Assembly (NCBI GenBank): GCA_011109175.1
Contig: RDEW01000155.1
Span: 1-32,860 of the forward strand
Length of the DNA: 32,860 nt
Reading direction: 5' to 3'
DNA from: Dicyema japonicum
Taxonomy: Eukaryota; Animalia; Dicyemida
The notes below the pieces were generated by a model. The model worked only from the letters and a program-made list of their open reading frames with translations. It ran no database searches and was not told the DNA's origin. Made by a program: the position numbers and the translations under genes. Below, piece after piece: positions 13,066 to 24,782 of the stretch; position 1 is the first letter of the stretch; every line of letters begins with the position of its first letter.

Positions 13066-13494
13066 ATATTATTACAGCACTTATCGCCTTGCCATAATAG
13101 TTATAGCAAAGCATGTGCAATACAAGAAACAATGTTATTAGTTAGCCTCTTCCATCCTCCACGGTTACACGCAGTCGATCTCAGCATGTCCAGATCGTCT
13201 CCCGTCTTTAGGCATTTCTTCATCCTTTGGAGGTCTTTGTGCAGCATGATAGGTAGGGTCATCCTTAATCTGCCACGGAAGCATTTGCCCTCGAACATGA
13301 AATGGTCCTCCATCGCCACATTAGCCGGGGTAGCAAGATCCATGCGTAGTACGTGACCAAACAGTCTCCAGTGATTTCCAGGCTTAGAGGCCTACTCTTA
13401 CATTTTTTGTAAATACCGGTATTCGAGATTCTGGCTGGCCACTGCATCCCAAATAATACTCTAAGCTGTTTTCTGTGGAACCCATCGAGAGCCA
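13066..13494 (-). mobile_element. RTE-like LINE 3' fragment, cut by an assembly gap
   Basis: WRLFGHVLR..PANVAMEDHF..FRGRLRMTLP..LHKDL. The 3' end shares tgcacatgctttg and a TAATAAT tail with the 7.1-kb copy. Confidence 0.85.
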
Positions 13495-14181
13495 NNNNNN
13501 NNNNNNNNNNNNNNNNNNNNNNNNNNNNNNNNNNNNNNNNNNNNNNNNNNNNNNNNNNNNNNNNNNNNNNNNNNNNNNNNNNNNNNNNNNNNNNNNNNNN
13601 NNNNNNNNNNNNNNNNNNNNNNNNNNNNNNNNNNNNNNNNNNNNNNNNNNNNNNNNNNNNNNNNNNNNNNNNNNNNNNNNNNNNNNNNNNNNNNNNNNNN
13701 NNNNNNNNNNNNNNNNNNNNNNNNNNNNNNNNNNNNNNNNNNNNNNNNNNNNNNNNNNNNNNNNNNNNNNNNNNNNNNNNNNNNNNNNNNNNNNNNNNNN
13801 NNNNNNNNNNNNNNNNNNNNNNNNNNNNNNNNNNNNNNNNNNNNNNNNNNNNNNNNNNNNNNNNNNNNNNNNNNNNNNNNNNNNNNNNNNNNNNNNNNNN
13901 NNNNNNNNNNNNNNNNNNNNNNNNNNNNNNNNNNNNNNNNNNNNNNNNNNNNNNNNNNNNNNNNNNNNNNNNNNNNNNNNNNNNNNNNNNNNNNNNNNNN
14001 NNNNNNNNNNNNNNNNNNNNNNNNNNNNNNNNNNNNNNNNNNNNNNNNNNNNNNNNNNNNNNNNNNNNNNNNNNNNNNNNNNNNNNNNNNNNNNNNNNNN
14101 NNNNNNNNNNNNNNNNNNNNNNNNNNNNNNNNNNNNNNNNNNNNNNNNNNNNNNNNNNNNNNNNNNNNNNNNNNNNNNNNN
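13495..14181. other. Assembly gap (N run)
   Basis: Run of N bases. Confidence 1.
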
Positions 14182-14439
14182 NCTTTTGTAGACGGTCGAT
14201 AATTACTTATTCCCTAAAATCAGCAAATAACCTTGACGAAATAAGGAAGTGTATAAAAAATTACACTTCTCCTTACAAAAGTTATCTACCATCAAAATAG
14301 CTACCAACAGTATCACCGGTCTCCCGAAGGCTAGCTAACCTCCAAATGAGCCCTTATATATATAGTTCAAAATCCTTATCAGATACCTCGAAAACTCCCA
14401 AAACGTGTACTGACAATGAGAGGATTAATATAGAACACC

Positions 14440-14500
14440 AATCTCAGTCAAATTACGCCTCTCACTTGTTTATGCTGATGACATTGTCTTTTTTATTTTA
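14440..14500 (+). mobile_element. Small RT remnant (YADD motif)
   Basis: LVYADDIVFF reading in otherwise decayed sequence. Confidence 0.35.
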
Positions 14501-14616
14501 GCAATAAAGCATTCTAAGAAATGAGGATTGTAGTAACCTGTAAACTAACAACAATGTATAAAAAACCATAGTGACCTATAAACTAACAAAAATTAATAAC
14601 AAAAAGCCATGAAATA

Positions 14617-15423
14617 TTAATTAGTCTTTTTCATATTAATAGACTTGGTAAGGTAGGCACGACGGTAGAAATCCATAAATAGAATAAAATAGGACAAGTA
14701 AATCAAGCTAGGCAATAAATTGTGGAAAGAATTATTACAAGGAATAATCTTATATTGTACACAGGCATAATAAACTAGAGAGATTATCAATCCAATGATC
14801 ATTTGAAGAGTCTGAATGATTGTAATAGACTGACTAATAAAGACAGGAACAGTAATCCTCAGTGATTTAATAGCATAATAACTGTACATGACGGCATGGA
14901 CTGAGAAATTCATAAAGCAAAACCATCTCCCCATGGAAATGCAGTAGTAAAAACTATGCCAGGATAGAATCAATACTGAGGCATGGTGATACCAATGCAA
15001 AAATTCAAGTCTCTGTTTCCTAGCTACCACAAAGAATGTATCACCAAATTCAAATATTTTAGAATAAACAAACAAACAAGTCCAGAATCCTGTGGTGTAC
15101 TGGGAATTGGAGGAATAAGTGATGGTCCCAATAAAACCGGTCTTCTTGTAAATGAATGCAAACTCAGAGAATGTACGAAGAGTACCAATTATACTGAAAA
15201 CAGCCAATATTAGATTCCAAATGAAAAGTAATGACCGCAGATTAGCACGTGGTCTGCTATTCATGTAACGTCTCCCAGCAAATACAGCGATTACATATAA
15301 GACACATAAATAATATGGAATGCAGTAATTATTCTCAATAAATGTACCCAAATTGGTAGATTTTTCAATATTTAATAAATATGAGTGATCTCTGTAAATT
15401 AGATCATCCTGTAACAAACACAT
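14617..15423 (-). CDS. ELOVL6: Very-long-chain fatty acid elongase, ELOVL6/ELOVL3-like, intact and intronless, 268 aa
   Basis: All elongase signature motifs are present: KIFEFGDT (KxxExxDT), LHWYHH (HxxHH), NFSVHAVMYSYY, TIIQTLQ; hydrophobic TM segments; C-terminal KKTN ER-retrieval signal. The symbol denotes family similarity; orthology is not tested. Confidence 0.93.
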   Translation of the reverse strand: MCLLQDDLIYRDHSYLLNIEKSTNLGTFIENNYCIPYYLCVLYVIAVFAGRRYMNSRPRANLRSLLFIWNLILAVFSIIGTLRTFSEFAFIYKKTGFIGTITYSSNSQYTTGFWTCLFVYSKIFEFGDTFFVVARKQRLEFLHWYHHASVLILSWHSFYYCISMGRWFCFMNFSVHAVMYSYYAIKSLRITVPVFISQSITIIQTLQMIIGLIISLVYYACVQYKIIPCNNSFHNLLPSLIYLSYFILFMDFYRRAYLTKSINMKKTN

Positions 15424-15511
15424 GCTTATTAATATTTAAATAATTATATTATTTTACTATATCATTTTTAATCATATTAATTGTTTAAACGAAATGAACA
15501 TTTACCAAGGA

Positions 15512-15553
15512 CTATTCTTGCTTTCTGGAGATATTGAAAAAAACCCTGGATCA
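15512..15553 (+). other. 2A-like (StopGo) peptide at the LINE ORF N-terminus
   Basis: LFLLSGDIEKNPGS versus the consensus D(V/I)ExNPG-P; the last residue is Ser (TCA) instead of Pro. Confidence 0.75.
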
Positions 15554-16235
15554 AAACCCCTTGTTATTATGCAACTCAATGCTAACGGAATAAAAACAAA
15601 GATTCTGGAGTTACGATGTTTATCAACGAAGCACAGGATTGACATCTGCCTTATCCAGGAGTCAAAACTTTCTACAAAGAGTACAACCCCACTTTTTCCT
15701 GGATACATCTTTATCAGAAAAGACCGCATCGGACATGGTGGCGGCTTACCATTATTAAAAACGGTTTATCTTTCCACGATGTGAGCTCGCAAGTGGATGA
15801 TTTAATTCTACACGACAAGACCGCGGAACAAATTTCTATTGATCCTATTAATGGGTCATAACATCTTATTCTAATCAACATTTACATTCCACCGCCGGGA
15901 TCCTGTCCTAATAACTATGTTCAGAAATGTGTTACTATGCGGGGATTTCAACGCCAAACATCCGCAATGGCTTAGTACCCAGTCGGCAGACAAGAGGGGG
16001 AGTCTAATTATCGACTCTCTCGAAAAAATGGTGATTTTGAATAACCCGAATATCTTCACAAGGACACCTATCCGAAGAAATGACAACCCAACCTCCCCCG
16101 ACATATTTATTGCTTCCTCTAGGATTGCCCCGAGGATTTCATGTCTCCTACGATTTTCATAGTGATCATAATCCGATTATATTAAAACTGAGCCGATTCA
16201 ATAACTCACGTAGAATTAAAGCTCAAGGTCTACAA

Positions 16236-17182
16236 CAGAGCTTTTCAAAAAATAATTCTCGCGGCACACTAATCGTAAAAAAAATAATCCACGGCACACA
16301 TTAAAAAATAAAAAAATTTTTAAGATGTGTAAAACTAAGTACAAAATTGGTAATTTAATTCCCAAATTTTTATTAATGAAAAAATGAATTCTTAATTATT
16401 ATTGTTTTTGCATATCATCAATATCAGGTCGAATGGTTAACAAAGGCACTCGCATTTCAGCACAAATCCGACGAGAAACAGTGTTATCTGACAAATGTAT
16501 CTTCATTATTTTTTGTTCATATTTATGACCAAACACAGTCCGAGCAATAATACGACAAGCAGGGATTATCAAGTTTTCGCCAATATTGTGAGGTTTTAGT
16601 TGTTTTGCTATCACTTCTGAGATCAGGTATGAACATTTCAATGATTCTTTTGTGTTTAAAAAAGTTTCACTGAACATCATTTGACTAGATCTACGATTCA
16701 TAATAAAAACCAAATAATACTTAAGTTGTTTTTTCAAATGGATAAAATAATCCACAGATTTTCGGAATTGTCCGGATGCTTGGAAGTAAAATGTCTCTTT
16801 AGTTTGCAAGGAACCATAGCATCACTTGCCAAAAATCCATGCAAATTAGACATTGAGGTAGTTTATTTTTATCTTTGCATATAAATCCAAATGACAAATA
16901 AGAATCCTTATAAGAACGACGAACTGATTTACCCATAAGCACGTTGATGCGCACGTTATTAAAAATTAATAAATAATGGTTAACCAATGTAAATGTCATT
17001 TAATGTATAATAAAAAAATGATTATTTTAATTTTAGTAATTATTTTAATTCGTTTATCTTTTTAAATTAATTAGGTCAAAAATGTATATAAATTTATTCA
17101 AATTTGTATTTGGCAGGCGGCACACTAGAAATTGTCTTGCGGCACACTTAGTGTGCCGCGGCACATCGTTTGACAACCTCTG
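16236..17182 (-). mobile_element. Non-autonomous Buster-type hAT element, 947 bp, with an 8-bp TSD
   Basis: TSD gtctacaa at 16228-16235 and 17183-17190 (central TA). 14-bp TIRs cagagcttttcaaa / tttgacaacctctg (12/14). Subterminal gcggcaca repeats and the palindrome tgtgccgcggcaca. Internal N-terminal transposase: YLSFGF..PQCLIC, KPHNIGENLI, LSDNTVSRRI. Confidence 0.95.
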
Positions 17183-18766
17183 GTCTACAAGAAAGCTGAC
17201 TGGTCGAATTTCAAGCTCTTCATTGACCATAACCTAATACATTTTGATCCCACCTCATTTTGCTCCATCCACAAAGCAGTGGACTATCTAAACCATGTAT
17301 CCTTCAAGCTGAAAAGTTTTTGTACCACGTGCAGTTTACAAATCCTACAAGCCTACTCTGGACTCGGAGACTCGTCTCCTCGTCAAACAAAGAAACTCCC
17401 TGAAGATGAATCATCTGCAAACCTCTTCTGATTTGAAAATATAAAATGCTTAAATCATTACAAAGCTCATCAGAGAAAAGAAAGATAGGGCGTGGAACGC
17501 CTATGATCATCTATTGGACATATGAAATCCACGAGTCTTTTATGGAAAACTATTCGTCGAATCAAGCTAAACTTATCAGATGAATCATAATCTTTTTCTG
17601 CTCCAAATACTGTGCAAGCTAACAACCTAATGAAATATTACGCATCCATACGTCACAAGGACTTCGCGAAATTCATTCTTGTCACCTTCTGAATTTAATG
17701 CCTAAACCAACTTCGTGATCAATTTATTTACGCATGCCGAGGTCACACAGGCTATAAGATCGATGAAGAGATCTTATACGTGTGGTCCTGACGGCATTCC
17801 GGGAATTTTGCTAAAACACCTTGGTAATGTTGCAATCAATTTGATTACGTCAATTTTTAATTTGTCTTCTAACAAGAACGTCATCCCATGCAAATGGAAA
17901 AACTCACTTATAATACCAATCCTTAAACCAGGAAAACCGAAAACCTCACCTTTTTCCTACCGTCCAATTTCATTAAAGTGCGCATTATCGCGCCTAATGG
18001 AGAAACTCGTACTCTGGAAAATTAAACCCTATTTGCCCGACTGCACTTTCAACATGGTTTCAAATGTGAGCGTTCAACTATGACACATTTGACTTCACTG
18101 TCTCAATTTATATCAGAAGGGTTCAACGTACCGAAACGCCATCTACGGACAATAGTGGTTTCCCTGGATATCCAGAAGGCGTTCGATTCTGTATCGAGAA
18201 CATTACTCACGAAGAAGGTTTTTGACACCACCATTCAGACGGATTTGAAAAGATGGATAGCCAATTTTCTCTCCGGAAGAAGAGGACGTGTCTGTATAGG
18301 CCATGCAAGATCGAGGTCCCGTCTCCTACCAAATGGCGTCCTCAAGGATCGCCCCTCTCTCCGGTGTTATTCAACTTATTCCTCAACGATTTGCCCTGCC
18401 CTGGAGGACCAGATTCAATGCTTCTCACTTATGCTGACGACTTAATCATCGCTAGCAGGAACAAATACTTGAGGACAGCAAAATCAGAGCTTTAGTCACA
18501 TATTGACGACCTGGGAGCCTGGTTGAAGTTGAATCGTCTCTCCATATCCAGGGATAAATCAACGTATACAATCTTCACCATGGACAGAAAAGAAAAACAT
18601 GCACTGGATTTGAACATTTTTGAAGACTCCTTATTACTACAGATTCGTTCAACTATCCTGGGAGTGACATTTGACCCTTTGATGACATTTTCTCAACATG
18701 TGAAGAACGTTATGACAAAAGGTCTCAGGAAACTTAATATAATAAACCGCTCTTGAAGTCCACCGT

Positions 18767-19491
18767 CACAGGAATGCGCTCGTCGTGTTCAATCAACTCC
18801 TAAAACCGACGATTGAGTATGCTTGTGCCTCATGCGCCTATGGAGCTTAGATATCAAATTCACTCAAAATCAATCCCTAATTGGCAAACTAGCACGTCTA
18901 ACGAATCTACCCCGGTCTTTCCCTCCAATGCTTGACCACGCCGCAATCAAAAATAATGGCTCCGGCTTCATCGGTCTGTGTGGCCAAGAAACAAGTCGTT
19001 TCTTCCATTCAAGGCTAGTGGCCTCAAATACACGAAATTTGGGGAAAAACCCACCCCTCTTCATACTCTAATGAAAGATGATCGCCGTCTATTCAGGAAA
19101 GCCGTGGGTACTCTGAAGGGANACCTTCACAGGAATGCGCCCTCGTCGTGTTCAATCAACTCCTAAACCGACGATTGAGTACGCCTGTGCCTCATGGGCC
19201 TATGGAGCTTCGATATCAAATTCACTCAAGATCAATACCCTAATTGGAAAACTAGCACGTCAAACAAATCTACCCCCGCGATCTTTTCCCTCCAATACTT
19301 GACCACGCCGCAATCAAAAATAGTGGCTCGGGCGGCTTCATCTGTCTGTGTGGCCAAGAAACAAGTCGTTTCTTCCATTCAAGGCTGAAGGCTTCAAATA
19401 CACGAAATTTGGGGAAAAACCCCACTCCTCTTCAAACCCTAATGAAAGATGATCGTCGTTTATCCAAGAAAGCCGTGGGTACTCTGGAGGA
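18767..19491 (+). repeat. About 361-bp tandem duplication of the LINE 3' region, joined at a single N
   Basis: 18767-19121 and 19128-19491 are roughly 90% alike by eye; N at 19122. Possibly an assembly or haplotype artefact. Confidence 0.85.
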
Positions 19492-21534
19492 ACACAGGAA
19501 AAACCTCTCAATCCTGTTGAGGCGTACCGGGATCACTTAATTGTTGGTTTACTCCTTCTTTCTTGGTGTTCCCTTTTCGGGGTTATTAAATAAATAATAA
19601 ATAAAAAAATATTAATAATAAAAAACTCGAAAAATATTACTGATTTGTTGGATATGCATTTTTTTGCAATATAATATTAATTATCTATTATTATTTAATA
19701 AATATTTATTAAATTATTTAAAATGTGGTTTTTGTATCTAGTGGCGTTTTTAAAAAATATAAACATTGTTTTTAATTAGCTTTTATTAACTAACTATTTG
19801 TTTCTATTTTACCATTTATAATATGAAATTGCACAAACAGAGACTCTGAGTAAAGTTTCAGAAGTTCTTACACACGTGCGTACAAATTTAAAGAGCATAT
19901 GGCTTTTCGGACATTTTTTCTATTTCGAAGGCAGTATCATTAATTATTTTATTATTTGGTCATTTCTAACTATATAGTACTAACCACGTGGCATATAAAT
20001 GTGTTAGGCTCTACTTTTTCATACGAATGAGTGATCGTCACCTTCTTTTCTGGTTCAAATGTCGTTATTACCTTTCTATTTTGAACAGTGGCAGATCCAA
20101 TCCCATCCAGGTAGATGAGTTGAACGACGTGGATTACTGCCCCTTTCCATGTGGAATCGTCAGGAATTTTTGGCCTACAAGCAGTTGAACTAGTCTGTCA
20201 GACTGGTCAATTACCAAAAAGATCACCAATGATAAAAGCGAGGCAGTATGGCTTCAAGAAAGCACCTCTATAACAGTTGTCATTTGATACAACCTAACCA
20301 TTTTATTTAATTACTAGTTTGAGGATTAAAGAACATTCGAGAATTAATACTAATAGTACTCTGTTCCTCCTCAGGAAGACTCATCAATGTTCTCCAATTT
20401 TGGTCGGACGATATTATAGCCCAACATACAATATATCTGATGCGGGGAAGAATCTTAGAGTCAATGTGGCAGTCTTGTATCGTAATTTTGTTTTACATAC
20501 ACATCACTTTCACCTTACTAGAAAAACTCGTTCTGAGATATTGTAGACACATAAACTTACTTTTTACATACTCTCCTCTTACAGACACATACTAAAGACT
20601 TTTTAATTATTTCTTGTTTACAGTATATGACATTGAGCGCTCCACTCACAGAGTTAGAGGTATGATAACTAAACTATCTTTTTTAAATACCGTCGTACAT
20701 CCATTGAATTCACCAATAGAACACAGTCTACCAAAAGCGACGGCTATAGGAAAACAGTGAACAAATAGGGATGCACCCGAAAGATTGCATTCCCAATATA
20801 GTATCAGACTTAACAAAGACAATTTTCAATGACCAATGAAAGCTCAGCTAGTAGCTACTATTTCTAATGTTTGGATTGAATATAAACCCACAATATTGTT
20901 TACCCTTTTAAAATCTCGTGATAAAACGAGAGGAACAAAAAGCAGTGATTGTTATTTATAAACCCCAAGACCACAGAAAGATGTGTGAAGACAGCTAAAT
21001 AAATGATCAAAGCTTATAACCTTTCATGAATCTTTGAGTAAAAAAGCCGCGTGGGCCATGTTAAACGTCTACTCGTGTCGACCAAATCCAGTGTCCAATG
21101 ATAAATTACAAGCTTCCGCTTAAATAGAGAGATGGAAGAGTATTCCGCCGTCTTCCATTTTCGTCGTACGTCCAACCGTCGCGGTGATCATTTCATTCTT
21201 TAGTGGAATAGGATGTTTTATAAAATCGCGTTGATTTTGAAGACACTGAGTTTATATTCCTTGGAAAATTTCTCTTTGTAACTGAATTCCTATTGCAAGT
21301 GATATTGCAGATTTAGAATAGCATGATCTTTCAATGGATGGATAACAAAATGGAACAATCCCTTCCATGTTGAATGGTCGTCAATTGTGAGACGTATATA
21401 AATCCGGCACGGCTATCTCGTTCAGAATAATAAAAACTGTAGTTCAGAATAATAAAAATTTTATTGGTGGTATAATGAATTCTTTCCAAATAATGCCACA
21501 TATCAAATTTTTAATTACAATTCAAATTAAAAAT

Positions 21535-21960
21535 TAAATAATTAACACTGCAATCCATCCAAAGTGGTCCCGCCGACATAATCGACCGGTTGCCTCTCAC
21601 AATTACAACAGAGATCAACTGAAAAAGCCACAGGGTCGCACGTGCTTAGTGACTTTTTAGTGTAGCTAGGCGTCCAAGTTTCTTTAGGAAGCGAAGCGAT
21701 TTCCAACTTATTCCTCTAGTTGTTCCGACCAGAATGGGATAGAACGCGAATCGGTAGCGGTATTTCTTCATTGTCTCATCGTTTTTATCTGCGGTATACA
21801 GTGTATCTACCGCGTCCCACAATGTTAAATGGGCAAAGAGGATTGACACAAATAGCAATCCAGACATAAGATTTCCCTCGAATGCGAAAATTGTGATTCC
21901 GTCAAGCCGTTTTTTGTTTCCTTTGTCCAAGTCAACAGGTTCAAGTATGACCGGGGTATC
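21535..21960 (-). mobile_element. CRE-like REL 3' fragment inserted in a Tc1 transposase
   Basis: LDGITIFAF..WDAVDT..KKYRYRFAFYPILVGT..KSLRFLKKLGRLATLKSH. Same subfamily as the 3.9-kb copy and a duplicate of the 31.3-kb copy. Confidence 0.85.
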
Positions 21961-22798
21961 CGTACACGCAAATGAATGGGTATTTCAACAAGATAATGAC
22001 CCAAAACATACTTAAAAAATAAAACAAAAATGGATTGAAGATTACAATGTAAATATCCTTAAATGACCAATTTAATCGCCAACCCGTAGTCGTATAGAAA
22101 ATATATGGAAAAATTAAAGAGTAATATTGAATACGAAATCCAACGAAAATTTTGGTCTAAAAGTAATTTGCAAAGAAGATTTCTTTAAAAGAAACATAAA
22201 AGTTATTATAATTCATAAAAAATCGTTTAAAAAAAGTGATTCTTAACAAGAGTCATGCCAATAAATATATTATTATGTCATTTTACCTAACGTTGTCATG
22301 AGTTTTTTCACAATAAATTTAATTACGACGCAAGCCGCTAAATAACCGTTTACTTTCTTTCTTTTTTTTAAATAAATTATTTTTTAATGAAAGAACAAAT
22401 TTAATTTAAAATTTTTGAGCCTCAAGGCTGATGGATTTCTGGCCCAATTGGAACCATTGGGCTTAGACAGAGGCGACGGAAGAGGCCAGTGGAATGACGT
22501 TTCCCATACTCCCATGGAAATCAATCGTCTGGGACGCCACGTGTGTAGACACTTTCTCAAGAGCCAGATTGCTGACGGCGATGCACTCTCCTGGAGACGC
22601 AGCCGACCAGGCGGAGGTCAAGAAAATCTATAAGTACGAATCCCTCGGAGATCATTACCATTTCGCCCCCATTGCTGTGGAGACAACTGGAACTGTAGGC
22701 GCAATAACGGACGCCTTTCTCTACAACATTGGAAGCAATTATTATTTTAGAAAAATAATAATAATCACATTTTAGTTAGGGTTGCCATGACTTTTTTT
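21961..22798 (+). mobile_element. Tc1-family 3' remnant with right-end inner and outer DRs
   Basis: EWVFQQDNDPKHT..IENIW. gttgtcatgagttttttcac (22292-22311) and agggttgccatgac (22778-22791) are inverted counterparts of the left-end motifs at 29171-29193 and 28976-29003. Confidence 0.8.
22405..22740 (+). mobile_element. CRE-like REL fragment inside the Tc1 right IR
   Basis: LEPLGLDRGDG, IVWDATCVDTFS, KKIYKYESLG..FAPIAVETTG; the C-terminus is deleted. Confidence 0.85.
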
Positions 22799-23059
22799 GA
22801 CTACAAACCTTAATTGGCAATTTCGATTGCTTTCTCCGTTGACGGTCACTGCTTTATTCTCAGCTTCCCGAAAGAAATCTTCGTCTACAATAACCGATTA
22901 TTGTACTATAACAAAACATAAAATCTAAAGTGGATACTTGAACATCACCCTCAACAAAATTCCATTAAAACGGACTGTGCCTACTCCGTAGTTCCTGGAT
23001 ATCTATCTATACAAGGTACTTGACGAAGAACCAATGGTCTCTTTATTTAATACCTGAAA

Positions 23060-23350
23060 AACCTTAAATGCATAGATATATCACGGACGTTTTGGGGAGG
23101 GAGATTGATGATAAATAAAATCATTACAATCACACATGAAACAACCAATTGAAGAATTCCCTTTAATGTCTACGCGCCCCCACCTCTTTCATTTTCAAAC
23201 AATAAAGCTAGGCCAAGCTTATCTACGATGAACGATGTGATAATCTGGGGAGATCGAACGCAAACAGCCCTACGACTAACATGCCACCCTTACGACACAA
23301 TAGCAATCGCAAACTATTCCCTGGCGATCAGGAATGATCGTTAAAAACAC
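23060..23350 (+). mobile_element. Degraded LINE APE endonuclease remnant
   Basis: Frameshifted WGG..FNVYAP..DVIIWGD(x)NANS..LAIRND. Confidence 0.4.
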
Positions 23351-24563
23351 AAGAACTTCAACAGCAATTATTTATTTGAATTAAAAATCTTTTTGATTCC
23401 ATAAATGCCCATTTTCATTACATTAGGATTAAAATTAAATGTTTCCTTGATCTAAAAAGACTTCCTCAAACTCAAAGGATCCTGAAATCCATTCCACGAT
23501 TGATTTCATTTATTTTGCCAATACAGATTGCAGGCACTCATGGCATGAAAATCTGATTTTTTTTGTATTCATACGAACCTGATTCATCAGTTTCCATGAG
23601 ACCGAGGGATCTTTCCAACCCTAATGTCGGTCCCTGATCCTCGGATTCTGGATAACCTTTACAGTTCACTGTGTCATTTTTGCATTAAAACTCACATCTT
23701 CTTCAGTTGAGAAAGGAATATCTCATCATGGCGGAGTCTCTGGAGAGTTAAGTAAGTCGGTTGTGGAGAGAGAAGAGACTAAAATGGTGCGGATTCAGAC
23801 AATCCTCTAGCCAAGAGCTATTTCAACTGACCCAAACTGATCTCATCCAATGATTCAATCATGTACTCACTGAATCGAAAAAACGTAACAAACCTGTGGA
23901 TTCAACTCAGTTTGTACATTTTCCCCATATCAGGAGATGCAGAACCCATTAGATACCAATTATCATCAATAATCTCCATTTTTAAAGGGATCATGTCACA
24001 AAGGTAACATGACAACTGTAGCATCTTAAATTTTATATAAAATGGAACAGAATACACTTTTCTATACAGTATCTCTGTCAGTTTAAATCGATAACCTCAG
24101 CACTACTCTGAGGCTGATGTCTCCAAATCACCGAAGTCACAATCGGAGAGTCACGAGGATGGTTCAAGTGCTTGATTTTTTTAGTACAAGTATCCTTTCG
24201 TTTTCTAACTACATTTAAAGACAAAAATACACTGTTGCATTCTGTTGTCTTAAAAGTATATTTTGTCTCCTCAATTCAGAAATTTTTAACTGACAATTCG
24301 AAAATTGCGAAACACCAAGTGACATTCAAGATTTATTTTAAATTGTGTTAACAAAATTTGTTTCCAAAAAAAATAAAAAGAATTCATTGAATTAAATGTT
24401 TATTTATTGTTTATTCGGATACAGATATTATTGTTTGTAAATTTTTAGAAAAACTTAGTTAATATCCCTTTCAACAGATGTCAAGGACATTAGGAGTGAC
24501 AATTGATGTGCACCTTTCTTTTTACATCACCCAATATTGAAAACATTCTTACAAAATGCGAAA

Positions 24564-24782
24564 GGACAGAGAACCCCCAATTGACGTCCTGAGAACTCGA
24601 ACCTATGTAAAAGAGATCGTGGTACTTTGAATGACATCCAGCCCCTTTCTGGACGAGTTCGTTCATCTACTGAGTCTGATCACATGCAGATACCCGAGAT
24701 AGAGCTGGACATAGAACCTCCAATTGACATCCTGAGAACTCGAACCTATGTAAAAGAGATCGTGTTACTTTGAATGACATCC
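24564..24782. repeat. 76-bp direct repeats flanking a 67-bp spacer (143-bp period)
   Basis: 24564-24639 and 24707-24782 differ at only a few positions. Confidence 0.9.

Larger units (their letters stand above)
15494..19609 (+). mobile_element. APE-RT LINE (I/Jockey/Ingi-Vingi group-like), frameshifted and interrupted by a hAT insertion
   Basis: APE motifs QLNANG, LIQESKL, GDFNAKHPQW, SDHNPI; VYKKADW is restored across the hAT insertion. RT motifs GPDGI, YRPISL, LDIQKAFDSV, QGSPLSP and YADD (18430-18441). AT-rich tail 19583-19609. No RNase H seen. Confidence 0.92.
21061..22800 (+). repeat. Diverged segmental duplicate (copy A) of about 28506-32260 (copy B) with a 2.3-kb internal deletion
   Basis: 21061-21445 matches 28506-28882, 21460-21950 matches 31180-31640, and 22405-22740 matches 31820-32150; order and orientation are the same. 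Confidence 0.9.

Noticed and set aside
13475-14191. 238-aa ORF and the X-containing ORFs near 31584-31956
   Set aside because: They are artefacts of translating through N gaps.
15424-15494. HDV-like ribozyme or internal promoter hallmark at the LINE 5' end, and an atattaat TSD
   Set aside because: The region is almost pure A/T with no pseudoknot-capable stems; an 8-bp AT match is expected by chance here.
18767-19491. Tandem duplication of the LINE 3' end as a biological event
   Set aside because: The two copies meet at a single N and differ by many 1-bp indels; an unmerged contig overlap or noisy read is the simpler explanation.
10026-24782. CRISPR-like reading of the short direct repeats, and tRNA or rRNA genes
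   Set aside because: The repeats have only two or three units without regular unique spacers, the context is eukaryotic, and no tRNA cloverleaf or rRNA sequence was recognised.
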